Assembly: GCA_016716765.1 (NCBI GenBank)
Contig: JADJVA010000006.1
Coordinates: 407,046 to 471,045 of the forward strand
From: Bdellovibrionales bacterium
GTDB taxonomy: Bacteria > Bdellovibrionota > Bdellovibrionia > Bdellovibrionales > UBA1609
Reading direction: 5' to 3'
DNA: 64,000 nucleotides
Shown: positions 47,822 to 57,165 of the stretch, piece by piece
How positions within the stretch are numbered: position 1 is the stretch's first letter
Layout of the letters: every line of letters begins with the position of its first letter
Position numbers and translations under genes: made by a program
Notes under the pieces: generated by a model
Seen by the model: only the letters and a program-made list of their open reading frames with translations
Told to the model about the DNA's origin: nothing
The model's database searches: none

Positions 47822-49174
47822 ATGGAATCTAGGATAAGGGGCTTACAATTTCACTGGCGAGAGGGAAAGCATTTTGATGCTCTCAGGGCACAGCTTTATG
47901 ACAAAAAGAATCGGAAAACAATGTGGATTAGTGCTAAGACCCATGAAGTTTTAAAACAGATCAACGATTACTTAAGGCATAAGAAATTAAGTCAGAGTGG
48001 TGCCATCAGCGATCCACACTTCATAGCTTTAAAAGAAAAATTTGCAGAGGATATAAAAAAGCAATTTGGTCTAGAGTCATATTTGGCTAAAAAACGAGTT
48101 GAGTTAAAAACCAAAGAGTTTGATTTTGGAGTTTTTCTCGATTTGTTTTTTAAGCAAAAATCACAAACTACTGCTGTGGCCAATTCGTACTTGAGCTGGC
48201 TTAATTTTTTCTGGATGCCACTTTTGAGAGAAAAATATGGTTGCGAGCATCCAAGTCAGTTCATCAATTTTGAAGGATTTATTGAGGATGATATTCGCCA
48301 AGCCAAAACAAAACTTGGAAAGCCTTATTCGCCACATACTTATTCGGGCTTAACTTCGGCATTCAATGAGTTCATGAAGTTTTTGAAAAAGAAGAAAGTC
48401 ATCAACCCTGAAGAATTTTTTCTTGTTTATGTTGAGACCGATACTTTAGAGCAAGAGAAGCGAGGCAAAACAGTCAGCAATCGTGGCAAGGACTATTATA
48501 AATCCGAAGAAATTTATGAGATAAAGAAAAAAATTGATTTGACTTATCCAGTGAGTGGCAAGCTCTCGGATTCTGAATTAAAAGAAAATAAAAAATGGAA
48601 GTTGCGAGCCTATGCGATTTTGCTTGGTTGCTGTATGGGCCTGCGACGAGGAAATATAGTCGGCCTTAAAGCTGAAGATTTGCACCCAGAAAATCAAGTG
48701 CCTTATCTGATCACGAGCGACAACATTGTCGTCGGTCACTCAAGGGCTGAAAAAGGAGCTTTGAAATTAGAAAACTCAACCAAAACTTTCAAGGGGCGAG
48801 TGGAGTTGCCATTCATCCAGCCTGATGTAGACATCTTGGTTGAGCTTGCAATGTACATTAAAGCCGAAGTTAAAAAGGGCTACATCCTAACTGGTGGTAG
48901 CCAAACAGGGACGATTTTTCCTGATAGCTTTAATGCTTTTTGGAGAAAAATAGCTGAGCGAGCAAAATTCAGATATGTGCATCCTCATGGCTTCAAGCAT
49001 GGTTATGCAAGCCGAGGGGCTGTAAAACTTGGCGAATGGTACAACAACTCAGTTTATTTTTTGCACAGATGCTGTATGCACTCCAAATTTGAAACCACCC
49101 AGAATTATATTAAGAGCAGTGTTAAGGATGGCTTCATTGATGAGTTTAAGTTTTTAAAGAAAAAATCTAAATAG
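47822..49174 (+). CDS. Tyrosine recombinase / phage-type integrase
   Basis: C-terminal catalytic-domain pattern GLRRGNIVGLK ... HPHGFKHGYAS ... CMHSKFETTQNYI (Tyr nucleophile). Adjacent to the 3' end of tRNA-Ala. Confidence 0.8.
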   Translation: MESRIRGLQFHWREGKHFDALRAQLYDKKNRKTMWISAKTHEVLKQINDYLRHKKLSQSGAISDPHFIALKEKFAEDIKKQFGLESYLAKKRVELKTKEFDFGVFLDLFFKQKSQTTAVANSYLSWLNFFWMPLLREKYGCEHPSQFINFEGFIEDDIRQAKTKLGKPYSPHTYSGLTSAFNEFMKFLKKKKVINPEEFFLVYVETDTLEQEKRGKTVSNRGKDYYKSEEIYEIKKKIDLTYPVSGKLSDSELKENKKWKLRAYAILLGCCMGLRRGNIVGLKAEDLHPENQVPYLITSDNIVVGHSRAEKGALKLENSTKTFKGRVELPFIQPDVDILVELAMYIKAEVKKGYILTGGSQTGTIFPDSFNAFWRKIAERAKFRYVHPHGFKHGYASRGAVKLGEWYNNSVYFLHRCCMHSKFETTQNYIKSSVKDGFIDEFKFLKKKSK

Positions 49175-49294
49175 ACTGATCGACAAGAGCTTTTAGAATG
49201 TTGGCTTCGGGTCTTTGCTTTTTTCGCAAGCTGATTAAAAAATCTTTTTGTTCAAGCAAGTTGTGTGGACAGCGATATTCATTCAAAAAAGAAA

Positions 49295-49370
49295 TGGTGG
49301 ACCTGACAGGGATTGAACCTGCGACCTGATGACTGCCAGCCATCCGCTCTCCCAGCTGAGCTACAGGCCC
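49295..49370 (-). tRNA. tRNA-Ala (anticodon GGC), CCA encoded
   Basis: GGGCCTGTAGCTCAGCTGGGAGAGCGGATGGCTGGCAGTCATCAGGTCGCAGGTTCAATCCCTGTCAGGTCCACCA folds as a cloverleaf. It has the G3:U70 Ala identity pair, a U33-GGC-A37 anticodon loop and a GTTCAATCC T-loop. Confidence 0.9.
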
Positions 49371-49487
49371 ATTTTGTCTTGAATTGATACTTACCACTCT
49401 ACCACTTTTCATTGCACCGATAATTCCTACCTAAAAAACCTTTATTACATTAGCCACTTACAAACGAGCCATTGGGAGACCTTAATA

Positions 49488-49525
49488 ATGCCATGCTTCC
49501 GCTCTCCCAACTGAGCTACAGGCCC
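49488..49525 (-). pseudogene. Orphan 5' half of a tRNA-Ala(GGC) gene (acceptor 5' strand through anticodon loop)
   Basis: GGGCCTGTAGCTCAGTTGGGAGAGCGGAAGCATGGCAT. The first 30 nt match the intact tRNA with one mismatch. Similarity ends right after the anticodon loop, and no T-arm follows. Confidence 0.75.
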
Positions 49526-49680
49526 ACTTTTACAAATCTTCAAATTTACAATTCTTCAAAGAAATTATTGAGGATCATTTCTAGCTCTTCTGGCCAATGG
49601 TGGCAAGTAATAATTTTGTTGAAAAACTCAATACTTAGGGGATCTAATAGGACCTAAATGAATCTTGGGGAGGAGCCGAT

Positions 49681-50195
49681 ATGATAGATAGGACAGCGAT
49701 TCTGAAGAAGTCTATGAGACTTATTGCCGTATTATTTGTTTGCCTTGCTAGTTGTTTGCAAGGGCAGGCGAAGAATCTGACGAACCGTCTTGGTGTTGGT
49801 TATGCCGATCAGTTGCGGAGGAGCTGCCCAGTCTTGCGGTAAGATATTACCCAAATCAGAATCTCGGTTTGTCTGCCTCACTTGGAGTCGATACTCATAA
49901 GGACAGTTCACGGTTTGGATTTATGGCACGAGTTCATCGGGTGATATTTATGGAAGACAATTTGAATTTTTACATGGGAGCCGGGGCGGGAATTTTGAGC
50001 GTTGAACTGGCAGGAGCAACCAACTCTGGATTTGAGGTCAGTGGATTTTTTGGTTCTGAATTTTTCCTTCCCGGATTGGATTCCTTGGCATTTATTTTTG
50101 AGGCTGGAGTTGGAGTCACTTCAATTTCGAGTGAAATTCGTTTTCGAACAATGGGGAATAGTCCAATCAAGGCAGGAATGGTCTTTTATTTTTAA
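49681..50195 (+). pseudogene. Small outer-membrane beta-barrel protein, frameshifted near 49800-49812
   Basis: GGAGGAG RBS. Signal/lipobox LFVCLASC. GVGYADQ (frame 1) continues as AEELPSLAVRYYPNQNLGLSASLGV...KAGMVFYF (frame of ORF 49752..50195). Terminal Phe. Confidence 0.6.
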
Positions 50196-50220
50196 CTTGC
50201 AAAAAGATGAAGGGGAAGAA

Positions 50221-50604
50221 ATGTCAAAGCGTATCATTGAAACCAAGTCAGCGCCAGCGCCTGTGGGGCCTTACTCGCAAGCTGTTGAAATCGGAGATAC
50301 TCTATATTGTTCGGGGCAAATTGCGATTGATCCGACGAATGGAGAGGTGTTAACCGGAGATGTCAAGACTCAGACAGAGAGAGTGATGAAAAACATAGAG
50401 GCCGTGTTAGCAGCGGCGAGTTTGAATTTTTCCAATGTGGTAAAAACCACAATTTATTTAATCAATATGGCCGATTTTGCCCAGGTGAACGAAGTCTACG
50501 GCAGGTATTTTAAATCCTCGCCGCCCGCCAGATCAACGGTGGCCGTATCAGGTTTGCCAAAGGGAGTCAGTGTGGAGATCGAAGTTCTGGCAAAAAGGTC
50601 CTGA
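50221..50604 (+). CDS. ridA: RidA/YjgF family reactive-intermediate deaminase
   Basis: APAPVGPYSQAVEIGDTLYCSGQIAIDP...ARSTVAVSGLPKGVSVEIEV. The upstream part of ORF 50002.. is read-through of the preceding gene region. Confidence 0.9.
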   Translation: MSKRIIETKSAPAPVGPYSQAVEIGDTLYCSGQIAIDPTNGEVLTGDVKTQTERVMKNIEAVLAAASLNFSNVVKTTIYLINMADFAQVNEVYGRYFKSSPPARSTVAVSGLPKGVSVEIEVLAKRS

Positions 50605-50610
50605 GCGAGG

Positions 50611-51171
50611 GTGCGACTGCAAAGGGGAATTCTTTTTGCTGGTGTATTTATTTCTGGCTTAGGGGCCTGGGCCTTCTATGAAGAATCGCTCAAGATTTCT
50701 CGACAAACGGTGACCAGTTGGGAAGAGGATCACGCGGCGGATTGCGCAGTTGTCTTGACTGGGGGTGCCGGGCGTGTCCGCGAGGGTTTTGATCTTTTGG
50801 CTCATAAAAAAATTAAGAAATTGGTTATATCTGGGGTCTATCCTCATGCGACTCTGCGGGAGATTTTTCCTCAGTGGCCATATTATGGCGTTCTGGACCA
50901 GCGGAATATCATTTTAGAAAAAAGATCTGGCACAACTTACGGGAATGCTCAGCAGAGCTTGCCATTGATCGAGGCTCTGCATTGCAGGGACTTGATTTTA
51001 ATTACCTCAAGAATTCATATGTATCGTTCTATGAGAATTTTTTCGTCTGTATTTCCGGAGTCTTTTCCAATTTATCCCCGGTCCATCGTGCAGGGTAGCT
51101 ATGAGACGCCTTTTCCAGAACTAGCCATCGAGGTTTTTAAATCTCTTTTTTATTCGCTTTGGGCCTACTAA
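50611..51171 (+). CDS. DUF218 (YdcF/ElyC-like) domain protein
   Basis: N-terminal TM; AVVLTGGAGRVREGFDLL...LVISG pattern. Confidence 0.6.
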   Translation: MRLQRGILFAGVFISGLGAWAFYEESLKISRQTVTSWEEDHAADCAVVLTGGAGRVREGFDLLAHKKIKKLVISGVYPHATLREIFPQWPYYGVLDQRNIILEKRSGTTYGNAQQSLPLIEALHCRDLILITSRIHMYRSMRIFSSVFPESFPIYPRSIVQGSYETPFPELAIEVFKSLFYSLWAY

Positions 51172-51251
51172 AGGCCAGCAGGCCTCATCTTTCTCAAAGT
51201 CCTGTTTAGTTGAGTTTTATCAAGCTCAAGGCAGAGGTCTCCGATTTGTAA

Positions 51252-52109
51252 TTGGAACATTTGGAGAAGAGAATGGCTCAAATCGCAACCTATTTGGTTG
51301 GACAGATAGATTCACTCGGCGAGTGGTTTTTAAATATCGGCAAATACACTTTTAGAGTGTTCATCATGATCTATCTTGCCGTTCGTGCTGCCGTTTATGA
51401 TCAAGCCCAAGGGATTCGAACAATCGTGAGCGTTATTTCTGCTCAGATCTATTTCACAGGAGTTCAGGCGCTTCCGCTCATTTCAGTTTTGGCTCTTGCC
51501 TCAGGTGGCATTGTTATCATGCAATCGAATATGCAGCTGAGTTTATTGGGTGGCAATGACATGATTGGAAACCTTCTCGTCATTATTATCGTGAGGGAAA
51601 TCTCACCTCTGTTAACTGCGCTCGTCGTGATTGCAAGAAGCGGAACGGCCGTTGCCTCTGAACTCGGAAACATGAAGGTTAATAGAGAGACCGATGCCCT
51701 GGAAGTTATGGGGATCAATCCTCTCAGTTACATTGTCTTTCCTCGTCTCTTGGGTGGAATTTTAAGCGTTCTAGGACTATCTTTTTACTTTATTGTTGTT
51801 GCCCTTCTAGGCGGATTTTTAGTCACATCTCTTGTACATGATTTACCATTTATATTTTATTCGGAGTCCCTGGCGCAAGCATTCACGGGGGAGGATGTCT
51901 TACTATTTTTGGCAAAAAACACGTTTAGTGGAGCGATCATTTTTGTTGTTTGTTGTTACCAGGGGATGCTGGTTCAGAGTGGTCCAGAGGAAGTTCCTCA
52001 GTTTACGACAAAAGCTGTTGTAAATAGCATAATTTATGTGACTGTTTTTAACTTGGGGACCACAACCTTATTTTATCTCAATCAATTGAGAAAGTTGGGA
52101 GTGTTTTAA
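51252..52109 (+). CDS. mlaE: MlaE-family ABC transporter permease
   Basis: REISPLLTALVVIARSGTAVASELGNMKVNRETDALEVMGINP signature. Confidence 0.85.
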   Translation: MEHLEKRMAQIATYLVGQIDSLGEWFLNIGKYTFRVFIMIYLAVRAAVYDQAQGIRTIVSVISAQIYFTGVQALPLISVLALASGGIVIMQSNMQLSLLGGNDMIGNLLVIIIVREISPLLTALVVIARSGTAVASELGNMKVNRETDALEVMGINPLSYIVFPRLLGGILSVLGLSFYFIVVALLGGFLVTSLVHDLPFIFYSESLAQAFTGEDVLLFLAKNTFSGAIIFVVCCYQGMLVQSGPEEVPQFTTKAVVNSIIYVTVFNLGTTTLFYLNQLRKLGVF

Positions 52110-52110
52110 T

Positions 52111-52851
52111 TTGGAGATCTCCAAAAGAATAGAAAGAATTTCTTTTGATGATTTGTCATTTTCGTTTGGTTCTTCGCACAAACCTTTATTTATTGGGATG
52201 GATTTTGAGTTTCAAAAGGGCGAATCATATTGGATAAAGGGTGTTCCCGGAAGTGGAAAATCAACGCTTTTAAAATTGTTAGTTGGACTGGTTCAGGCAA
52301 CTGCAGGCGATATGACGATAAATGGGGACGGTTTTCGACAGATGAGCTTTGAAGAATTTCTTCCCTACCGAAAGCAGATTGGGTACAGTTTTGACCTCGG
52401 AGGTCTCATCTCGAACTGCACTCTGTTCGATAACCTCATGTTGCCACTGACCTATCATCACTTTATGCCTCCCGAGGAGGCGAGATCATGGGTTCACCAA
52501 TTGGCAGAAGAATTTGAAATATCTCCAGTATTACACTTGCGACCCAGTCGCGTTTCGGGAAGCAACAAGAAAGCAACAATAGTGGCTCGCTCTTTAGTGA
52601 TGAAACCTAGAGTTTTGCTTCTGGACGATCCCACAACTGGAATATCGGGTTCAAGAGTATCAAAGTTGGCAGAAGTCATTCATGATGGCAGAATGAACGG
52701 CCAAATTGATTTTGTTATTTTTGTATCGGAAGACATGCCTTTTGTGAGGAAAATTGCAACTCGCACAATTGAGATTAAGGATCAACGAATTCATCAGACA
52801 GAAGCTGTGCAATCTGGATTCATTATTGTAGAAAAGAAGAGGGTCACGTGA
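52111..52851 (+). CDS. mlaF: ABC transporter ATP-binding protein (MlaF-like, divergent signature motif)
   Basis: TTG start. Walker A GVPGSGKST, Walker B VLLLDDPTTG. The signature motif is degenerate (VSGSNKK). Confidence 0.75.
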   Translation: MEISKRIERISFDDLSFSFGSSHKPLFIGMDFEFQKGESYWIKGVPGSGKSTLLKLLVGLVQATAGDMTINGDGFRQMSFEEFLPYRKQIGYSFDLGGLISNCTLFDNLMLPLTYHHFMPPEEARSWVHQLAEEFEISPVLHLRPSRVSGSNKKATIVARSLVMKPRVLLLDDPTTGISGSRVSKLAEVIHDGRMNGQIDFVIFVSEDMPFVRKIATRTIEIKDQRIHQTEAVQSGFIIVEKKRVT

Positions 52852-53840
52852 TCGTTAAACTCACTCGGTACGAAAGGATGGCTGGTCTTTTTCTGGTAGG
52901 GGCTATCGTCGGGTCCATTGCTGTAACGATTGGTGTTGCCGCAAAAAAAGGATGGTTCTCAAGAAAGATCTATTACGAAACAAATTTGGATAATGCTGAG
53001 GGGATACATCCTGGCACGATGGTTCAAGTATCAGGTCTGCGGGCCGGAGAGGTGAGTGAAGTCGAGCTCCTAAGTAACGAGCAGGTGATGGTGAAATTTA
53101 GGGTTCTTGAGAAGTTTTCAATGCGTGTGAGAGGAGACAGCCGGATTCAGGTGGTAAGGCCCTTTTTGATTGGAGAGAAGGTGTTGGATTTGTCAGTTGG
53201 ATCAGATGAATCTCCGGAAATCCATGAGGGAGGGCGCGTGCCGTCCCGTCCTTCCGTCGACTTGATGGATCTGGTTTCAGGAAAGAGAATGAACGAATTT
53301 CTAGGGGGCATAAGTGGCTTTGTTGAAAGCTTTCGAATTCTGAGTCGGGCTTTCGCTGATCCACGGAGATCAGAGGCCTTTGTTAATACAATGGATCGGA
53401 TAGAGCCCCTTGTTGTCAATATGAATGCCATGTCACTTGGTGTAACAAAGATGACTCAGGCCCTCAATCGAGAGGGACGAATGGAGCTAATGGCAGGAGG
53501 TTTGGCGGATTTGACCAACGAGCTCAAAGTAATTCTTCCCGATCTCACCAGAGAAGCACCTCAAATTGGAAAGCAATTGGGTCAGTTTGTGTCGAGCATG
53601 ACTGTTCTGGCCAAAGAATTTGAGGTTCTTGCCCCGGCTCTTCGTGAGCTGGCGCCTGATCTTCCTCAAACAAGTCGGCGAGCAGTCGAAGCCTTAAATG
53701 AGGCTGTTGTTCTTTTGAAAGCCATGCAGAAATCCTTTTTTCTGCGTGGAAGTGTGAAAGAAGTCATCGAGGAGGAAAAGCAGAGGTCTCCCTCTTCAGA
53801 TTCGGATTCAGATGTGAATTCCGGTTCCGGAAAGAAATAA
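52848..53840 (+). CDS. mlaD: MlaD/MCE-domain protein
   Basis: GTGA overlap with the upstream gene. N-terminal TM. MCE pattern GIHPGTMVQVSGLRAGEVSEVEL. Helical C-terminal region. Confidence 0.8.
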   Translation: MIVKLTRYERMAGLFLVGAIVGSIAVTIGVAAKKGWFSRKIYYETNLDNAEGIHPGTMVQVSGLRAGEVSEVELLSNEQVMVKFRVLEKFSMRVRGDSRIQVVRPFLIGEKVLDLSVGSDESPEIHEGGRVPSRPSVDLMDLVSGKRMNEFLGGISGFVESFRILSRAFADPRRSEAFVNTMDRIEPLVVNMNAMSLGVTKMTQALNREGRMELMAGGLADLTNELKVILPDLTREAPQIGKQLGQFVSSMTVLAKEFEVLAPALRELAPDLPQTSRRAVEALNEAVVLLKAMQKSFFLRGSVKEVIEEEKQRSPSSDSDSDVNSGSGKK

Positions 53841-53903
53841 ATTTAATTCATTTCACTGCTCATTGATTGAGTTTCTATCGACATCAGATATGATACGAAC
53901 CCA

Positions 53904-55193
53904 ATGACGATTCAATTTTTCTTGCGATATTTATTTTCAAAGAGGGCAGGGGCGCTTATTAGGATCATTTCCTGGATATGTGTGTTTGGAATTGGTCTCG
54001 GGGTGATGTCCTTGATTGTCGTTTTGAGTGTTATGAATGGATTTAATGGAACGATACGAGATCGATTGCTCGCAGTGGATCCTCACTTGGTTGTTGGGTC
54101 GATTGTTTCCGAAAATAGAGATTCAACCGAGATTCGAAACTCCCTGGCTGAATTACAAAGTGAATTCGGGCAAATACGGAGCGTGGATACGGATTTGGTA
54201 GAAAGCCAAGATGTGATTTTGAAAACGCTCGATGGAACCTTTGGCGGTGCCATAGCCAAGGGGATGGATGTGGGCGACTTACAAAATATCCTTGTTAGCG
54301 TTCAGAAAGTGGGCCAAAGACACAAGGGTCACTATGGAGAAGAGATAGAAGTCAGAGATTCAGAAGAGGGTGTAGGAGGGGTTAAAGAACTTGCTCGTCT
54401 GGGCCCGAAGGAAGTCATTTTGGGGGCTGATTTGGCTCGCTCTCTTCGGATTCTTGAAGGAGATCAGATCATGGTGATACCTCCTGAATCTTTGTTGAAG
54501 CCGAAAGGAGAAGCTCTAGTTTATGAAACAGTCACTGTAAAGGCTCTTCTCAATTCGCGAGTGGCCGACATAGACAGCAAATTTATGTTTTATCACCTGG
54601 GACAGACTTTGGGACAATTCAAGAAGTCGGCGAGCAGAGAGATCAATCTTGAACTGCGTTTTAAAGATCCAGGCGATCATGTTCTTTATGAAGGTGACCT
54701 TCACAAGAGGGGATTTCGAACCTCCAATTGGATTGAGCGCAATGAGGCTCTTTTTTTCGCTCTAAAGATGGAGAAATTGGCGATGACAATATTTCTTGCT
54801 TTGAGCGCATTGATTACCTGCTTTTCTATCATTACCGTTTTGGTTCTCTTGTTGACTCAAAAGCGACGTGATCTGGGTATCCTGATGGCTATGGGATTGA
54901 GTCAGACGAGAACGAGATGGATATTTACGCGTGTTGGTATGATTTTAAGTTTGACCGGAATGCTGAGTGGACTGGGTTTGGGTCTTGGTTTGTGTTGGGT
55001 GTTGGACAAATACCCCATCGATCTATTGCCTGATATCTACTATGATTCATCGATTCCAGTGCTCGTCACACGAGAATTGGTTTACTTTGTCATATTTGTT
55101 TCGGTGATCGTGGCTTTTGTCAGTTCTTATTTTCCCGCTCGGGCCAATACGGTAAAATGGCCCGCATTAGCACTCAGACGTGGAACCAAATAA
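53904..55193 (+). CDS. LolC/LolE-type (FtsX-like) lipoprotein-releasing system permease
   Basis: 429 aa. N-terminal TM, a large periplasmic MacB-like domain, then a C-terminal 3-TM FtsX domain. Confidence 0.75.
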   Translation: MTIQFFLRYLFSKRAGALIRIISWICVFGIGLGVMSLIVVLSVMNGFNGTIRDRLLAVDPHLVVGSIVSENRDSTEIRNSLAELQSEFGQIRSVDTDLVESQDVILKTLDGTFGGAIAKGMDVGDLQNILVSVQKVGQRHKGHYGEEIEVRDSEEGVGGVKELARLGPKEVILGADLARSLRILEGDQIMVIPPESLLKPKGEALVYETVTVKALLNSRVADIDSKFMFYHLGQTLGQFKKSASREINLELRFKDPGDHVLYEGDLHKRGFRTSNWIERNEALFFALKMEKLAMTIFLALSALITCFSIITVLVLLLTQKRRDLGILMAMGLSQTRTRWIFTRVGMILSLTGMLSGLGLGLGLCWVLDKYPIDLLPDIYYDSSIPVLVTRELVYFVIFVSVIVAFVSSYFPARANTVKWPALALRRGTK

Positions 55194-55257
55194 CAGCTCT
55201 GAAACAACTTCTGGAGCACGTTATTGCCTTTAACGGAGACTCTTAAAAGTTGAGCTA

Positions 55258-55734
55258 CTACCCTGGACATGCAAAAAAATCGCCACCCAACTCTTTTATA
55301 TTGTCCCATTTAATGGGGGTATTCTGAAATTTTTCCGGACACTCTTTGTCCATGGAGCATACGATCTCCTTTTCAATATTTTTACTAGAGTCAGTGAAAT
55401 CTAAAACAATGTATGGAATTTTAATCTTGCAGGATATTCTGTCAGGTCCACTCTTGCCCTTCGGTAAAAGTGCAGCAATATAACTCTCCTCTTCTATTCT
55501 TATTGATCCAATCCGTACACTATCAGCAAACTCGGACAAAACTTCTAGTGAGGGACAAGGATCCGACAGGTACCCCTTCAACTCTTGCAATTGGTCGCGG
55601 GAGGATTCACTTTGAAGCACCATCTCGATGGACTTCGAGATTTGGGAAGCGTCAATGCATACGTAGGCCTGACTGCAAAGGGAGCCAGCGGTAAAAAAAA
55701 CCAATACAATTAATCGATTTAGATTTTGAGTCAT
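55258..55734 (-). CDS. Hypothetical secreted protein
   Basis: AAGGAG-like RBS before the Met at 55734. Signal peptide LIVLVFFTAGSLCSQA. Confidence 0.45.
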   Translation of the reverse strand: MTQNLNRLIVLVFFTAGSLCSQAYVCIDASQISKSIEMVLQSESSRDQLQELKGYLSDPCPSLEVLSEFADSVRIGSIRIEEESYIAALLPKGKSGPDRISCKIKIPYIVLDFTDSSKNIEKEIVCSMDKECPEKFQNTPIKWDNIKELGGDFFACPG

Positions 55735-55807
55735 GAATTTCTCCTTTTCGACCATTATATTAAAACATTTTAAACTAGCGACGCAGGACGTCCTAATACG
55801 CAATGCA

Positions 55808-56164
55808 TTATTTAATGTCAAGCATTATATTTCGATCTGTCGTGGATGGTAGGGGGTCAACAGCGAACTTGGATTCAACAAATGCATACAAGGGATCAAA
55901 TGCCAGCTCCTGTATAATTCCATTTTCGAAAGTCATAAATATAATTGGGCTCTGGGAAAAGTTTTGTGATGAGTAGAGCTGCTCTTTTTGAGGCGGATTT
56001 TTATCGGGAATTTCAAGCAATGTCTGAAATGATGGGATGCTTGCTGGATCCAAGCCAGGAGTGATGATTTGTCGATTTTCTATGTCTGCCAAGGCTTTTG
56101 CATTTTCGTAGCCCCCCGGCTTGAAAGATCCAAGGCTCGGTATTGGGCCAAACCCTGCAAGCAA
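55808..56164 (-). CDS. Hypothetical protein (118 aa)
   Basis: ORF only; no motif recognised. Confidence 0.35.
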   Translation of the reverse strand: MLAGFGPIPSLGSFKPGGYENAKALADIENRQIITPGLDPASIPSFQTLLEIPDKNPPQKEQLYSSQNFSQSPIIFMTFENGIIQELAFDPLYAFVESKFAVDPLPSTTDRNIMLDIK

Positions 56165-56176
56165 GGCTTAGGGCTT

Positions 56177-57025
56177 CTAAACGGAGACTTCAAAATCTCT
56201 GAGCACTTTCGTTAGAGATGTCTTCTTGTCTGTTGATTCGGAACGTTGCCCTATTATCAATGCGGCAGGAACTCCAAATTGGCCAGCTGGAAATTCCTTC
56301 ATGGTCGTTCCTGGAATGACAACAGAATTTTTGGGCACTCTTCCTTTGGTGATCTTTGGATTCTTTTCGGTCACGTCGATGATTTTCGTAGAGGCTGTGA
56401 TAGTCACTCCCGCACCCAGAACGGCTCCCTCTTCAATGACAGCTCCTTCAACAATAATGCAGCGGCTGCCCACAAACACGTTATCCTCTATGATGACGGG
56501 ATTAGCTTGGATCGGCTCCAAGACTCCGCCTATACCAACTCCACCAGAGAGGTGTACATTGGCTCCGATTTGTGCGCAGGAGCCAACCGTCGCCCAAGTA
56601 TCTATCATCGTTCCTGGACCAACCCAGGCTCCGATATTCACGTAAGAGGGCATGAGTATGGCGCCAGGGCTGACAAAAGATCCCTTTCGAACGAGAGCAT
56701 GAGGAACAACTCTGACGCCCTCAGTCCCCCGCCATTTTTTTAATGGTATCTTGTCCACAAAACTGAATTCGCCAAGTTCAATCAATTTCATTTTATTGAT
56801 TTTAAAATACAGCAAAATGGCTTGCTTGAGCCACTGTTGAGTCACCCACTCAGAACCTTGTTTTGTGCAAATTCTCTGATCGCCCGAATCGAGGCCATCG
56901 ATTGCATATTGGATCGCATCTACGACATCCTTTTCGATGTCCTCATTTGTTTTGATAGATCCCAATTCATCAAAGGCCAATTGAATGAGTTCTTTTGCAT
57001 GTTCTGTTTGACTGTCCCTGTTCAT
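56177..57025 (-). CDS. dapD: 2,3,4,5-tetrahydropyridine-2,6-dicarboxylate N-succinyltransferase
   Basis: Left-handed beta-helix hexapeptide repeats (GANVHLSGGVGIGGVLEPIQANPVIIEDNVFVGSRCIIVEGAVIEEGAVLGAGV). RBS before the Met at 57025. Confidence 0.85.
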   Translation of the reverse strand: MNRDSQTEHAKELIQLAFDELGSIKTNEDIEKDVVDAIQYAIDGLDSGDQRICTKQGSEWVTQQWLKQAILLYFKINKMKLIELGEFSFVDKIPLKKWRGTEGVRVVPHALVRKGSFVSPGAILMPSYVNIGAWVGPGTMIDTWATVGSCAQIGANVHLSGGVGIGGVLEPIQANPVIIEDNVFVGSRCIIVEGAVIEEGAVLGAGVTITASTKIIDVTEKNPKITKGRVPKNSVVIPGTTMKEFPAGQFGVPAALIIGQRSESTDKKTSLTKVLRDFEVSV

Positions 57026-57165
57026 GAAATAATTCCTTGTTAGCCGTCGAAGCGCATTGAAAAATGCCTTTCTAAAATTTTCATCATACCTACCAGAGAT
57101 CAGCATCGATTAAAATACTAAATATAATAAATAAAGATTTGGAGGAGTCGCAGGAGTTTGGAATA

